64,000 nucleotides of DNA, taken from positions 5 through 64,004 of the forward strand of contig DATAOC010000059.1 of assembly GCA_036265915.1 (NCBI GenBank). The letters run 5' to 3'. The notes under the pieces were generated by a model. That model was not told the origin of the DNA. It saw only the letters and a program-made list of their open reading frames with translations, and searched no databases. This document shows positions 8,558-16,977 of this stretch, in pieces (within the stretch, counting starts at the first letter, position 1; each line of letters starts with the position of its first letter). The position numbers and the translations under genes are program-made. Origin of the DNA: Candidatus Methylomirabilota bacterium. Lineage in GTDB: Bacteria; Methylomirabilota; Methylomirabilia; Rokubacteriales; CSP1-6.

Positions 8558-9670
8558 TCAATTCGGCACGATGGCCGCGCGCGTGACGTGCCCGGCGTCC
8601 TGCTCGGCGAACGCGCGGTTGATCTCGTCCAGCGGATACTTGTGAGACACCACCTTGCCCCACGGATACCGGTCGAGCGTCCGGAGCATCAGGTCGAGAG
8701 CGCCGCGCAGGTGCTCGGCCTCGTAGTGCGCGAGACCGATGATGCGGCGATTTCCGAAGATGATCCACGACGGATCGAACTCCGCCTTCCAGCCCACGTT
8801 GATGTTTCCGATCTCGAGATAGGTGCCCTCGGGTGCGGTCATGCGCAGGCCCTCGTCCACGACGCCGGGGTGACCCACGAGCTCGAGCACCACGTCGCCG
8901 CCCCACTCGTCGGTCAGCTGCTTCACGCGCTTGACGCGCGCGTCCGGCGTGCGGAACTCCCGTAGGTCCACGAAGCTATCGGCGCCGAACTGGCGGGCCA
9001 GCTCGAGCCGCTCGTCGACGCCGTCGATGACGATCACGCGGGCGGCGCCCATCTCGCGCGCGACCGCGCAGGCGTAGACGCCGAGACCACCCGCGCCCTG
9101 CACGACGACCGTCTGGCCGGCGCGCAGGCCGGCCACGTCGAGACCCGCGTAGACCTGCGTGTAGGCGCAGTTCACGCCGGCGGCCATCTCGTCCGTGATC
9201 TGGGGCGGCAGCTTGAACATCGCGTGATTGGGCCGCAGATAGAAGTACTGTCCGAAGCCGCCCTGGAAGTGCGGCCACTGCTCGCATGACACGAGCCAGT
9301 TCGCCTGCCGCACGGGGCATGACTTGAAATGTCGCGCCAGGCACGCCTTGCAGCGCCCGCAGGGGAAGAAGTAGCGGTACGCAACGCGGTCACCGACCTG
9401 GAGGGGCCGCCCGGCCGCATCGGTCGTGACGCCGTCGCCGAGCTTCGCGACGGTGCCCACGTGCTCGTGGCCGGTGTTCAGCGGCAGCGGCCGGCCCATG
9501 CGCGCGTAGTCCTGCTCGCCGCGCCAGTAATGCAGGTCCGAGCCGCAGACGTTCGCGAGCGCGATCTTGATCAGCGCCGCGCCCGGCTCGGGCTCGGGCA
9601 CCGGATACTCGCGGATCTCGAACGGCTTGCCGGTTCCGTGGAACACCGCCATGCGTCCCGTGTCGGCCAT
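8558..9670 (-). CDS. Zinc-dependent medium-chain alcohol dehydrogenase family
   Basis: It has the catalytic zinc motif GHEHVGTV, the structural zinc cluster CGRCKACLARHFKSC and the Rossmann motif VVVQGAGGLG. A GAGGAGG SD lies upstream of ATG 9670. Confidence 0.85.
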   Translation of the reverse strand: MADTGRMAVFHGTGKPFEIREYPVPEPEPGAALIKIALANVCGSDLHYWRGEQDYARMGRPLPLNTGHEHVGTVAKLGDGVTTDAAGRPLQVGDRVAYRYFFPCGRCKACLARHFKSCPVRQANWLVSCEQWPHFQGGFGQYFYLRPNHAMFKLPPQITDEMAAGVNCAYTQVYAGLDVAGLRAGQTVVVQGAGGLGVYACAVAREMGAARVIVIDGVDERLELARQFGADSFVDLREFRTPDARVKRVKQLTDEWGGDVVLELVGHPGVVDEGLRMTAPEGTYLEIGNINVGWKAEFDPSWIIFGNRRIIGLAHYEAEHLRGALDLMLRTLDRYPWGKVVSHKYPLDEINRAFAEQDAGHVTRAAIVPN

Positions 9671-9748
9671 CGCGTGCCTCCTCAGCCAGAATGGCGGCCA
9701 TGGTGACAGAAACCGCGCCGCTCGCCAACCGGTCGGTATGCTGGAGGC

Positions 9749-10306
9749 GTGAGCGACGTTCCGGCCGGGTTCGTGTATCGCCCCGACTTCCTCTCGGCAG
9801 ACGAGGAGAGCGCGCTGCTCGACGGCGTGCGCCGTCTCGACTATCACGACGTCAAGATGCGGGGACAGGTGGCGCGTCGACGGACGAGCCACTTCGGCTT
9901 CACGTACGGCTACGAGACCTGGCGCGTCGAGCCGGGGCCACCGATTCCGGACTTCCTCGCGGCGCTCCGACCTCGCGCGGCGATGCTCGGCGGCGTCGCG
10001 GCCGAGGACCTGGTCGAGGTGCTCGTCACCTGGTATCCACCCGACGCCGGTATCGGATGGCACCGGGACGCGCCGATGTTTGGCGTCGTCGTCGGTGTCT
10101 CGCTGCTGAGCGAGTGCCGGTTCCGATTCCAGCGGGGCACGGGTGCTGAGAGGCGGACCGCGGCCGTCGCGCTCGCGCCCCGCTCGGCCTACGCGCTCGA
10201 CGGTGCGGCGCGCTGGCAGTGGCAGCACAGCATCCCGCCCGGCAAGCAGGAGCGGTACTCGGTCACGTACCGAACGCTGCGAAGAAGCCCGCGCACCGAC
10301 GCGTAG
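9749..10306 (+). CDS. alkB: AlkB-like Fe(II)/2-oxoglutarate dioxygenase
   Basis: A GGAGG SD precedes the GTG start. The product shows AlkB-like features: FGFTYGY, an IGWHRD (HxD) motif and a C-terminal WQH..R.S.T.R segment. Confidence 0.7.
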   Translation: MSDVPAGFVYRPDFLSADEESALLDGVRRLDYHDVKMRGQVARRRTSHFGFTYGYETWRVEPGPPIPDFLAALRPRAAMLGGVAAEDLVEVLVTWYPPDAGIGWHRDAPMFGVVVGVSLLSECRFRFQRGTGAERRTAAVALAPRSAYALDGAARWQWQHSIPPGKQERYSVTYRTLRRSPRTDA

Positions 10307-10378
10307 CCGCGTACACTGACGTGGGCCCCCCGGCGCGGCATCCCGCCGCCCGCGGCCGTGCCCTTCCAAGGAGGAAAC

Positions 10379-11803
10379 GTGGCGACAGCCAGGAAGACGA
10401 AGACCAAACGTCGCGTGACGCGGAGCGGCCGCTCGCGCGCCCGCCCCCAACCCGAACCCGCACCAGCGCCGCCTCCGCCGCGAGTCGCGGCGGTCGAGCC
10501 AATCGAGGCGCCGACGGCCGAGCCGCCGGTCCCGCTTTCCGTGCCCGAGCCGGCGCTGGCCGCGCGCGGCGTGCCTGCGGTGCCGGAGCGCCCGCTACCG
10601 AGCACCCGCCGAGCGATCTTCTTCGACGTCGAGAACACCAGCCGCGCCGAGCACATCTCCCGGGTGATCAGCCATCTGGCGGTGGATCGCGCGGGGCGTC
10701 GCACCGAGTTCTTCGCCGTCGGCAACTGGCGGGTCATCGGCCACGACACCGCGCGGCTGCTCGCGCGCCACGGCGCCCAGCTCGTCCACAGCGCCCCGTC
10801 GGTCGGCGTGCGTGACTGGAGCGATCTGCGCATCGCCGTCGCCTCCGGCGTGTGGCTCGCAACGGCACGGGCCGAGGACGTCATCGAGATCGTCTCCGAC
10901 GACCGCGCGTTCGACGCGGTCGGCGACGTGGCCGCCAGCCTCGGCGTGACGTTCCGCCGCCTGTCGTATCGCGGCCTGCTCGGCATGCCGGCGGGCGAGG
11001 TGCCCGAGCGCGAAGCGCCGTCCGAGCCCCAGGCGCGGCACGCCGGCGGCGGACGCTCGCGGCGCGGGCGCCGCGGCGGCCGTCGGTTCGGCCGGCCGGA
11101 GCACGCACCGCGGCCGGTGATACCGGCGCCCGTTCCGGCGGTGGCAGCGAGCGAGGAGCCCGAGGCCGAGGGCGAGGCAAAGCACACGGCACCCCACGAC
11201 GAGATCGTCGCGGTGGTGCGCGAGCTGGCCCGGTCTGCGTCGGGGCGAAACGTGACCCTCGACACGCTGGCCAACGCGCTCAAAGCGCGCGGGTTCAGTC
11301 GGCCCCCGGGCTCGCCCCGGCTCATCACCCGGCTTCGGCGCATCAAGGAGCTCGAGGTGAGCCGCTCGGGCGTCATCACGCTCCTCGACGGTACCGCTCC
11401 GGCGAGCTCTCCCGAGGCCGTCGTGATTGCGGAGCCGGTGCAAGAAGCCGAGGTGGTGGAGGCGCCGCCGCGCGCGCAGGCCGCGCAGCCCGAGCCCGAG
11501 GAAGAGGACGTGATCGAGCCGGGCAACGACGTCAGGGCCGGCTCAGCGCCGCGGCAGCACGACTTCGACGGCGGGCAGGGGCGACGCCGCTCGCGGCGCG
11601 GAGGCCGCAGGCGCCGTGGTGGACGCGGCGGCGGTGGAGGTGCAGGCGGTGGTGGGCGGCCGCCGATGGCCGACGCGCATCGGCAGCCACCGCCTCCACG
11701 CGACGTTCCGCCACGCGACGCCGCGGCGCGCGAGGCCGCCGTGCGCGAGGCATTCCGCACGCGGACGGCGCCGTCCTACATCACCGGAGAGCCGCTGGCC
11801 TAG
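10379..11803 (+). CDS. NYN (LabA/PIN-like) domain plus OST-HTH/LOTUS-like domain protein with Pro-rich and Arg-Gly-rich low-complexity tracts
   Basis: The NYN core has IFFDVENT and IVSDDRAFD motifs. A LOTUS-like segment reads VTLDTLANALKARGFSRPPGSPRLITRLRRIKELEV. There are RGG tracts (GGRSRRGRRGGRRFG and RRRSRRGGRRRRGGRGGGGGAGGGG). AAGGAGGA precedes GTG 10379. GTG 10358 is the alternative start. Confidence 0.7.
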   Translation: MATARKTKTKRRVTRSGRSRARPQPEPAPAPPPPRVAAVEPIEAPTAEPPVPLSVPEPALAARGVPAVPERPLPSTRRAIFFDVENTSRAEHISRVISHLAVDRAGRRTEFFAVGNWRVIGHDTARLLARHGAQLVHSAPSVGVRDWSDLRIAVASGVWLATARAEDVIEIVSDDRAFDAVGDVAASLGVTFRRLSYRGLLGMPAGEVPEREAPSEPQARHAGGGRSRRGRRGGRRFGRPEHAPRPVIPAPVPAVAASEEPEAEGEAKHTAPHDEIVAVVRELARSASGRNVTLDTLANALKARGFSRPPGSPRLITRLRRIKELEVSRSGVITLLDGTAPASSPEAVVIAEPVQEAEVVEAPPRAQAAQPEPEEEDVIEPGNDVRAGSAPRQHDFDGGQGRRRSRRGGRRRRGGRGGGGGAGGGGRPPMADAHRQPPPPRDVPPRDAAAREAAVREAFRTRTAPSYITGEPLA

Positions 11804-11804
11804 C

Positions 11805-12869
11805 TCAGCGAACGGCGACGCGACGGTCGCGCACGGCTCGGGCGAGCTCGTCCAGCACCGCGACCGTCGTGTCCCAGCCCATGCACGAGTCCGTGATCGA
11901 CTGACCATAACGGAGCGTCGTCGGGCTCACGAGCTCCTGCCGTCCCTCCACGAGGAAGCTTTCCATCATGACGCCGAAGATCGCCGTCTCGCCCTGCGCG
12001 ATCTGCGCGGCGATGTCACGGCCGACCACGGGCTGGCGGCGGTGGTCCTTTCCGCTGTTGCCATGGCTCATGTCGATCATCAGGCGCGGCGGGAGGCCGG
12101 CGTCGCGGAGCGCCGAGGCAGCCTTGCCGACGCTCGCCGCGTCGTAGTTCGGTCCGCTCTGGCCGCCGCGCAGGATCACGTGACAGTCGGGGTTGCCGCG
12201 CGTGGCGACGATGGCGCCGAGACCCTGCTCGGTGACGCCGAGAAACCGGTGGGGATGCGCGCCGGCGCGCACCGCGTCGATGGCGATCTGCACGTCGCCG
12301 TCGGTGCCGTTCTTGAAGCCGATCGGCATCGACAGTCCCGACGCGAGCTCGCGATGAACCTGGCTCTCGGTGGTCCGGGCGCCAATGGCGCCCCACGACA
12401 CGGTGTCGGCCGTGAACTGCGGTGAGATCGGATCGAGAAACTCGCAGCCGGCCGGCAGCCCGAGCTCCGCGAGGTCGACCAGCAGCCGGCGCGCCAGCCG
12501 CAGGCCTTCATTGATGGCGAAGGTGCCGTCGAGCCGCGGGTCGTTGATGAGTCCCTTCCAGCCGACCGTTGTCCTCGGCTTCTCGAAGTAGACGCGCATG
12601 ACGATGCAGAGGTCGGCGGCGTGGGCGTCGGCCACGCGGCGCAGGCGCCGGGCGTAATCGATGGCCGCGACAGGGTCGTGGATCGAGCATGGCCCGACGA
12701 TCACGACGAGCCGGTCGTCGCGCCCGTCGAGGACGGCGCCTACCGCGTCGCGACCGCGTCCGACGGTTTCCGAGCCGGCGTCGCCCAGCGGCAGCTCTTC
12801 CAGCAGGATTGCCGGCGGCAGCAGCGGCCGGAAGCTCTCGATGCGGAGGTCGCGGGTGCGCTGGGACAT
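11805..12869 (-). CDS. aroG: Class I 3-deoxy-7-phosphoheptulonate (DAHP) synthase
   Basis: The product aligns end to end with the AroF/G/H pattern (DLRI..LLPP..LLEE, DDRLVVIVGPCSIHD, KPRTTVGWKGLINDP, IGARTTESQVHRELASG). The isozyme cannot be assigned. Confidence 0.9.
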   Translation of the reverse strand: MSQRTRDLRIESFRPLLPPAILLEELPLGDAGSETVGRGRDAVGAVLDGRDDRLVVIVGPCSIHDPVAAIDYARRLRRVADAHAADLCIVMRVYFEKPRTTVGWKGLINDPRLDGTFAINEGLRLARRLLVDLAELGLPAGCEFLDPISPQFTADTVSWGAIGARTTESQVHRELASGLSMPIGFKNGTDGDVQIAIDAVRAGAHPHRFLGVTEQGLGAIVATRGNPDCHVILRGGQSGPNYDAASVGKAASALRDAGLPPRLMIDMSHGNSGKDHRRQPVVGRDIAAQIAQGETAIFGVMMESFLVEGRQELVSPTTLRYGQSITDSCMGWDTTVAVLDELARAVRDRRVAVR

Positions 12870-12877
12870 GTCCCCGC

Positions 12878-12907
12878 TCAGGGCAGCCGCTGCTCGAACG
12901 TCGTCAT
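12878..12907 (-). other. Possible 9-codon upstream ORF (MTTFEQRLP) in the DAHP synthase leader
   Basis: GGAGG (12921-12917) lies 9 nt upstream of ATG 12907. The TGA stop ends 8 nt before the aroG ATG 12869, which itself has only a weak SD. Confidence 0.2.
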
Positions 12908-13006
12908 CCTCGTCGTCCTCCAATCGGCACATGATAGGGGAACGCTCGGCCGCGCGGCAACCCGGCGCTTGCCGGTACGGCGGGCCTCGTCTACGCTCGG
13001 CAGTCG

Positions 13007-13468
13007 ATGCCGCGCATCGGCGTGATCTCCGACACCCACGGCCTCGTGCGTCCGCAGGCGCTGACCGCGCTCGCCGGCGCTGAGCTCATCGTGCACGCGG
13101 GAGACATCGGGGGCCCCGAGGTGCTCGACGCGCTCCGCGCGGTCGCCCCCGTGGTGGCCGTGCGCGGCAACAACGACCGGGGGCCGTGGGCGGCCGCGCT
13201 GCCGGAGACCGACGTCGTCGAGACGGGCGGGCGTAGTCTGTACGTCTTGCACGACGTGAAGGCCCTGGACCTCGATCCCCGCGCGGCGGGCTTCGCCGCC
13301 GTCATCGCCGGACACTCCCATCAGCCGCGCATCGAGCGGCGCGACGGCGTCCTCTACCTGAACCCCGGCAGCGCGGGCCCCCGGCGCTTCCGGCTGCCGA
13401 TCGCGGTGGCACGCCTGGACGTCGACGCCAACGGGATCGAAGCGGAGATCGTCGCGCTCGATGTCTGA
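13007..13468 (+). CDS. YfcE/MJ0936-type metallophosphoesterase
   Basis: It carries the motifs GVISDTHG, HAGD, RGNND and GHSH. Confidence 0.85.
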   Translation: MPRIGVISDTHGLVRPQALTALAGAELIVHAGDIGGPEVLDALRAVAPVVAVRGNNDRGPWAAALPETDVVETGGRSLYVLHDVKALDLDPRAAGFAAVIAGHSHQPRIERRDGVLYLNPGSAGPRRFRLPIAVARLDVDANGIEAEIVALDV

Positions 13469-13961
13469 TCTCGCCGCTCCGCTCGATGCCTATCGCGACG
13501 CCGTGCGTCCGGAGTGGATCGATCACAACGAGCACATGAACATGGGGTACTACCTCGTCGTGTTCGACTTCGCCACCGACGAGTTCTTCCGCTACGTCGG
13601 CCTCGACGAGGCGCATCGGATGGCCTGCGGCGTCACGACGTTCTGCCTCGAGGCGCACGTGACCTACCATCGAGAGGTGCGGGTGGCGGACCCGCTGCGC
13701 TTCACCACGCTGCTCCTCGACTACGACGACAAGCGCCTGCACTATTTTCACGCCATGTACCACGCCACCGAGGGGTTCCTCGCGGCGACGAACGAGCTGA
13801 TGTCATTGCACGTGAGCCTCGCCACACGGCGCGCGACGTCCATGGCGCCGGCCGTTCTCGCGCGGCTGGCGGCCGTGCAGCGCGCGCACGCGGCCGTGTC
13901 CCGGCCGCCGCAGGTGGGACGGACCATCGGCCTGGCGAACCGGCCGGCGGCCACCGCATGA
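13461..13961 (+). CDS. Hotdog-fold acyl-CoA thioesterase (4HBT/YbgC-like)
   Basis: The N-terminus EWIDHNEHMNMGYYLVVFDFATDEFF is typical of the family. The gene overlaps the upstream gene by 8 nt. Confidence 0.6.
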   Translation: MSDLAAPLDAYRDAVRPEWIDHNEHMNMGYYLVVFDFATDEFFRYVGLDEAHRMACGVTTFCLEAHVTYHREVRVADPLRFTTLLLDYDDKRLHYFHAMYHATEGFLAATNELMSLHVSLATRRATSMAPAVLARLAAVQRAHAAVSRPPQVGRTIGLANRPAATA

Positions 13962-14719
13962 GCGGGGCCGATTTCGAGCGCGCGCTTCACGAGGCGCGGC
14001 GGCTCATCGACGAGGCCCGCCGGATCGTCGTCCTCACCGGGGCCGGCGTGTCCACGGACTCCGGGATTCCGGACTTTCGCGGCCCGCAAGGCGTGTGGAC
14101 GCGCAACCCCGAGGCCGAGAAGATGGCCACGATCCACCATTACGTGCGTGATCCCGACGTGCGCAAGCGCGCCTGGCGCAGCCGTCTCGAATCACCGACG
14201 CTCTCCGCCGAGCCGAACGACGGGCACCGCGCGCTCGTGGCGCTCGAGCGTCGGGGCAAGCTGCTCGCGCTGCTCACCCAGAACGTCGACGGCTTGCACC
14301 AGAAGGCCGGCTCGTCCGCCTCGCTGGTCGTCGAGATCCACGGCACCGCCCGCGAGGTCACCTGCCTGGACTGCGGCGAGCGGGCGCCGATGGAGCGCGC
14401 GCTGGCGCGCGTGCGGGCCGGCGAGGACGATCCGCCGTGCCGCACCTGTGGCGGCATCCTGAAATCGGCGACGATCTCGTTCGGCCAGAGCCTGGTGCCC
14501 GAAGATCTCCGCCGCGCCGAGCAGGCGGCGCGCGCCTGTGACCTCATGCTCGCCGTCGGCACGAAGCTGTCGGTCTATCCGATTGCCGGCGTGGTACCGG
14601 TCGCCAAGGAGGCGGGGGCGCGTGTGATCATCGTGAATGCCGAGCCGACGGAGCTCGACGCGCTCGCCGACGTGATCCTGCGCGGGTCGATCAGCGCGCT
14701 GCTGCCGCGCCTCGTGTGA
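13958..14719 (+). CDS. cobB: NAD-dependent protein deacylase, sirtuin (Sir2/CobB) family
   Basis: It has GAGVSTDSGIPDFRG, TQNVDGLH and HG motifs plus a zinc ribbon (CLDCG...CRTCGG). The start overlaps the upstream stop as ATGA. Confidence 0.85.
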   Translation: MSGADFERALHEARRLIDEARRIVVLTGAGVSTDSGIPDFRGPQGVWTRNPEAEKMATIHHYVRDPDVRKRAWRSRLESPTLSAEPNDGHRALVALERRGKLLALLTQNVDGLHQKAGSSASLVVEIHGTAREVTCLDCGERAPMERALARVRAGEDDPPCRTCGGILKSATISFGQSLVPEDLRRAEQAARACDLMLAVGTKLSVYPIAGVVPVAKEAGARVIIVNAEPTELDALADVILRGSISALLPRLV

Positions 14720-15980
14720 CGCGGCCGGCCACGAGGCGCACGCGCCGCGGCGACGCCAGCCAGATCGCGGCCACGGAGACCAGGCACGCGGCGATGGCGA
14801 CCCAGAAGGCGGCGGTGTAGCTGCCGGTGCGATCGTAGATCGCGCCCGCCAGCCACGGACCGCACGCCGCGCCCGCGTTGCCCCCCAGGTTGAGGGTGCC
14901 GAAGATGGTGCCGTAGTGCCGTCCCTGGAAGATCTCGGCGGGGATGGCGCCGAAGACGGACGCCAGACCATAGCCGACCAGCCCCTGCGAGACCACCATG
15001 GCGTACAGCATCGCCGGCGTCGGGTGCGTCGGCAGAAGGAGCAGCGCCGCGTAGCAGCCGATGAACCCGAGGCCGCCCAGCGTCCACGCCCACTCGCGGC
15101 CGACGCGGTCGGAGAGGTGTCCGAGCGCGATCTGTCCCACGATGCTGAAGAGGCCGACCAGCCCGAGCGCGAACGCCGCCGGCGCCGGCGCAAACCCGAT
15201 CTCGAGCAGGTATTTCGTCTGGTGGACCTGGACCATGTACCAGACGAACAGCGCACAGAAGAACCCGACGAAGAGATACCAGAAGCGCGCCGTGCGAACG
15301 GCGCGGCCGAGCGTCCAGTCCACAGCCGCCCACACCGGGTCGACGACATTGTCGGCGGAGGTGTGGCGGGTGAGGCGGCCGGCCGCGTCGCCATCGGGCG
15401 CCAGGCCGAGGTCTTCCGGCCGTCGGCGCTGGAACGCGAGATTGAGCGGCAGCACGACGAGCAGCAGCAGCGCGGCCAGCGCCCAGCAGGCGGCGCGCCA
15501 GCCCGACGTCTCGATCAGCCGCTGCAGCCACGGGAACAGCGCGATCGACCCCACGCCGACGCCCGCGAACGCGATGCCGATCGCCAGCCCACGACGGCGG
15601 ACGAACCAGTGTGGCAGGAACAGCGAGTGGCCGATGTAGGTGAGGAAGATCGAGCCGCCACCGACGAGGGCGCCGAGGGTCAGCTGCAGGTGCCACGGGC
15701 GCGAGATGAGCGTGGCCAGCACGAGCCCGCTGCTGCAGATGACGGTGCCGATCGGAATGACGATGCGCGGGCCGACGCGATCCATGGCCATGCCCATGAA
15801 CGGGACGTACGCGGTGGCGACGATGAAGCCGAACGAGAAGGCGCCGGCGGTGGCCGCACGGTCCCAGCCGAACTCCGCCAGGATCGGCGGGAAGAACAGC
15901 GAGAAGGCGGTGCGCGTGTTCACGCCGACGCCCATGGTGACGAACGCGATCGCCACCACGATCCAGCCGTAGAAGATCAG
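14691..15980 (-). CDS. MFS transporter; start codon uncertain (no ATG/GTG/TTG before the first TM helix)
   Basis: The protein has about 12 hydrophobic helices. GGAGG (15990-15986) lies 5 nt upstream of in-frame CTG 15980-15978, which overlaps the upstream TGA as CTGA. The first ATG would delete TM1. Confidence 0.7.
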   Translation of the reverse strand: MIFYGWIVVAIAFVTMGVGVNTRTAFSLFFPPILAEFGWDRAATAGAFSFGFIVATAYVPFMGMAMDRVGPRIVIPIGTVICSSGLVLATLISRPWHLQLTLGALVGGGSIFLTYIGHSLFLPHWFVRRRGLAIGIAFAGVGVGSIALFPWLQRLIETSGWRAACWALAALLLLVVLPLNLAFQRRRPEDLGLAPDGDAAGRLTRHTSADNVVDPVWAAVDWTLGRAVRTARFWYLFVGFFCALFVWYMVQVHQTKYLLEIGFAPAPAAFALGLVGLFSIVGQIALGHLSDRVGREWAWTLGGLGFIGCYAALLLLPTHPTPAMLYAMVVSQGLVGYGLASVFGAIPAEIFQGRHYGTIFGTLNLGGNAGAACGPWLAGAIYDRTGSYTAAFWVAIAACLVSVAAIWLASPRRVRLVAGRVTRGAAAAR

Positions 15981-16975
15981 GCGAACCTCCAGCCGTCGAG
16001 CGCCGCCGGCGTGTCCGGAACGATCGTCAGCGGCAGATCCTCCGGAGCCAGCAGGCCGTGCGCGACCAGCACACCGGCCGCACGCGGCGGATCCTCGACA
16101 ACGGGCATCTCGGACAGGCGGACCGCAAGCGCGCGCGCGGATGCGGGCAGCCACACCGCGCCATCCGCCGTCCACAGCGGAAAGCGTCCGTCGCGGACGC
16201 CGCCGGCGACAGCGGGCGCTTGCGTCCACAGGCGGCGTCGTGCCGGACGGGGGCGCGGCTCGGCGCGTCCCGAGGCCACGTCCCAGCCGGCGAGGGCCAT
16301 CGCTCGCGCCGGCGCGCCGCCTCGCCGCGCGCGCCGGCGCGACCAGGTGAGCGACAGCGCCAGCGATCGCTCGTGGCACACGACCTCGTGCGGCGTGCGC
16401 GGCGGCAGATGCAGGAGCGAGCCCGGCGGAAGCTCGAGCGTTTGCCAACCGCGTCGTGCGGACGTCGGTCGGCGGGCGATGTCCTGCGGCGTGCCGCGCG
16501 GCACGGGGGGGCCCAGCGTGACGGTGCGGCGTCCCTGGAGCTGCAGCCAGAAGGCGTCCACGTCGCCGTCGTGATGCAGGCCCAGGCCCGGGCGGCCGCA
16601 GCCGTCGACGGCGAACAGGAACGAGCATTCGTCGCGGAACGGGCCGAAGAACGTGCTGCGCAGCGCGACCATGAGCCGCATCACGCGCGGCAAGAGCTGG
16701 TGGACCTGCGGCAGGTAGATCGTTGCCCCGCGCTGGAGTGCCGAGCGCAGGGCGGCCGCGCTGGCCGAGCGATCGTAGCGGCGATCGAGCGCGGTGTGGA
16801 ACGGCGCTCCGGCGCGCGCCAGCGCCACCGCACCGTCGAAGTCCGGCGCGATGGCCCGCCACGCGGTGTCGCGCGCCTCGCGCAGCTCCGCCCGGCGGCC
16901 GAGCGCGCGGCGCCGGAACGCCGTCGCCGCACGCGGGGTCGCAAACCACGACGCGAGTGGGGAGCGGACGCGCAC
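15977..16975 (-). CDS. JmjC/cupin-4 family oxygenase-like protein
   Basis: The core reads GLHHDGDVDAFWLQLQGRRTVTLG (HxD) with a second His in LPPRTPHEVV. GTG 16975 sits 2 nt after the upstream TAG. Confidence 0.6.
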   Translation of the reverse strand: MRVRSPLASWFATPRAATAFRRRALGRRAELREARDTAWRAIAPDFDGAVALARAGAPFHTALDRRYDRSASAAALRSALQRGATIYLPQVHQLLPRVMRLMVALRSTFFGPFRDECSFLFAVDGCGRPGLGLHHDGDVDAFWLQLQGRRTVTLGPPVPRGTPQDIARRPTSARRGWQTLELPPGSLLHLPPRTPHEVVCHERSLALSLTWSRRRARRGGAPARAMALAGWDVASGRAEPRPRPARRRLWTQAPAVAGGVRDGRFPLWTADGAVWLPASARALAVRLSEMPVVEDPPRAAGVLVAHGLLAPEDLPLTIVPDTPAALDGWRFA

Positions 16976-16977
16976 GA

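Noticed and set aside
11540-11700. GC-rich repetitive DNA (GGC/CGG runs) as a tandem repeat or CRISPR-like array.
   Set aside because: It is in-frame low-complexity coding sequence for the RGG tract of the NYN-LOTUS protein. It has no repeat-spacer periodicity, and no CRISPR array is visible anywhere in the window.
13958-14719. The Sir2 gene as a possible anti-phage defence module (Thoeris or DSR-like).
   Set aside because: It is a compact canonical sirtuin with an intact NAD pocket and zinc ribbon. It has no SLOG, TIR, HerA or other defence partner, and it sits in an operon with a phosphoesterase and a thioesterase. A housekeeping CobB-type deacylase is the simpler reading.
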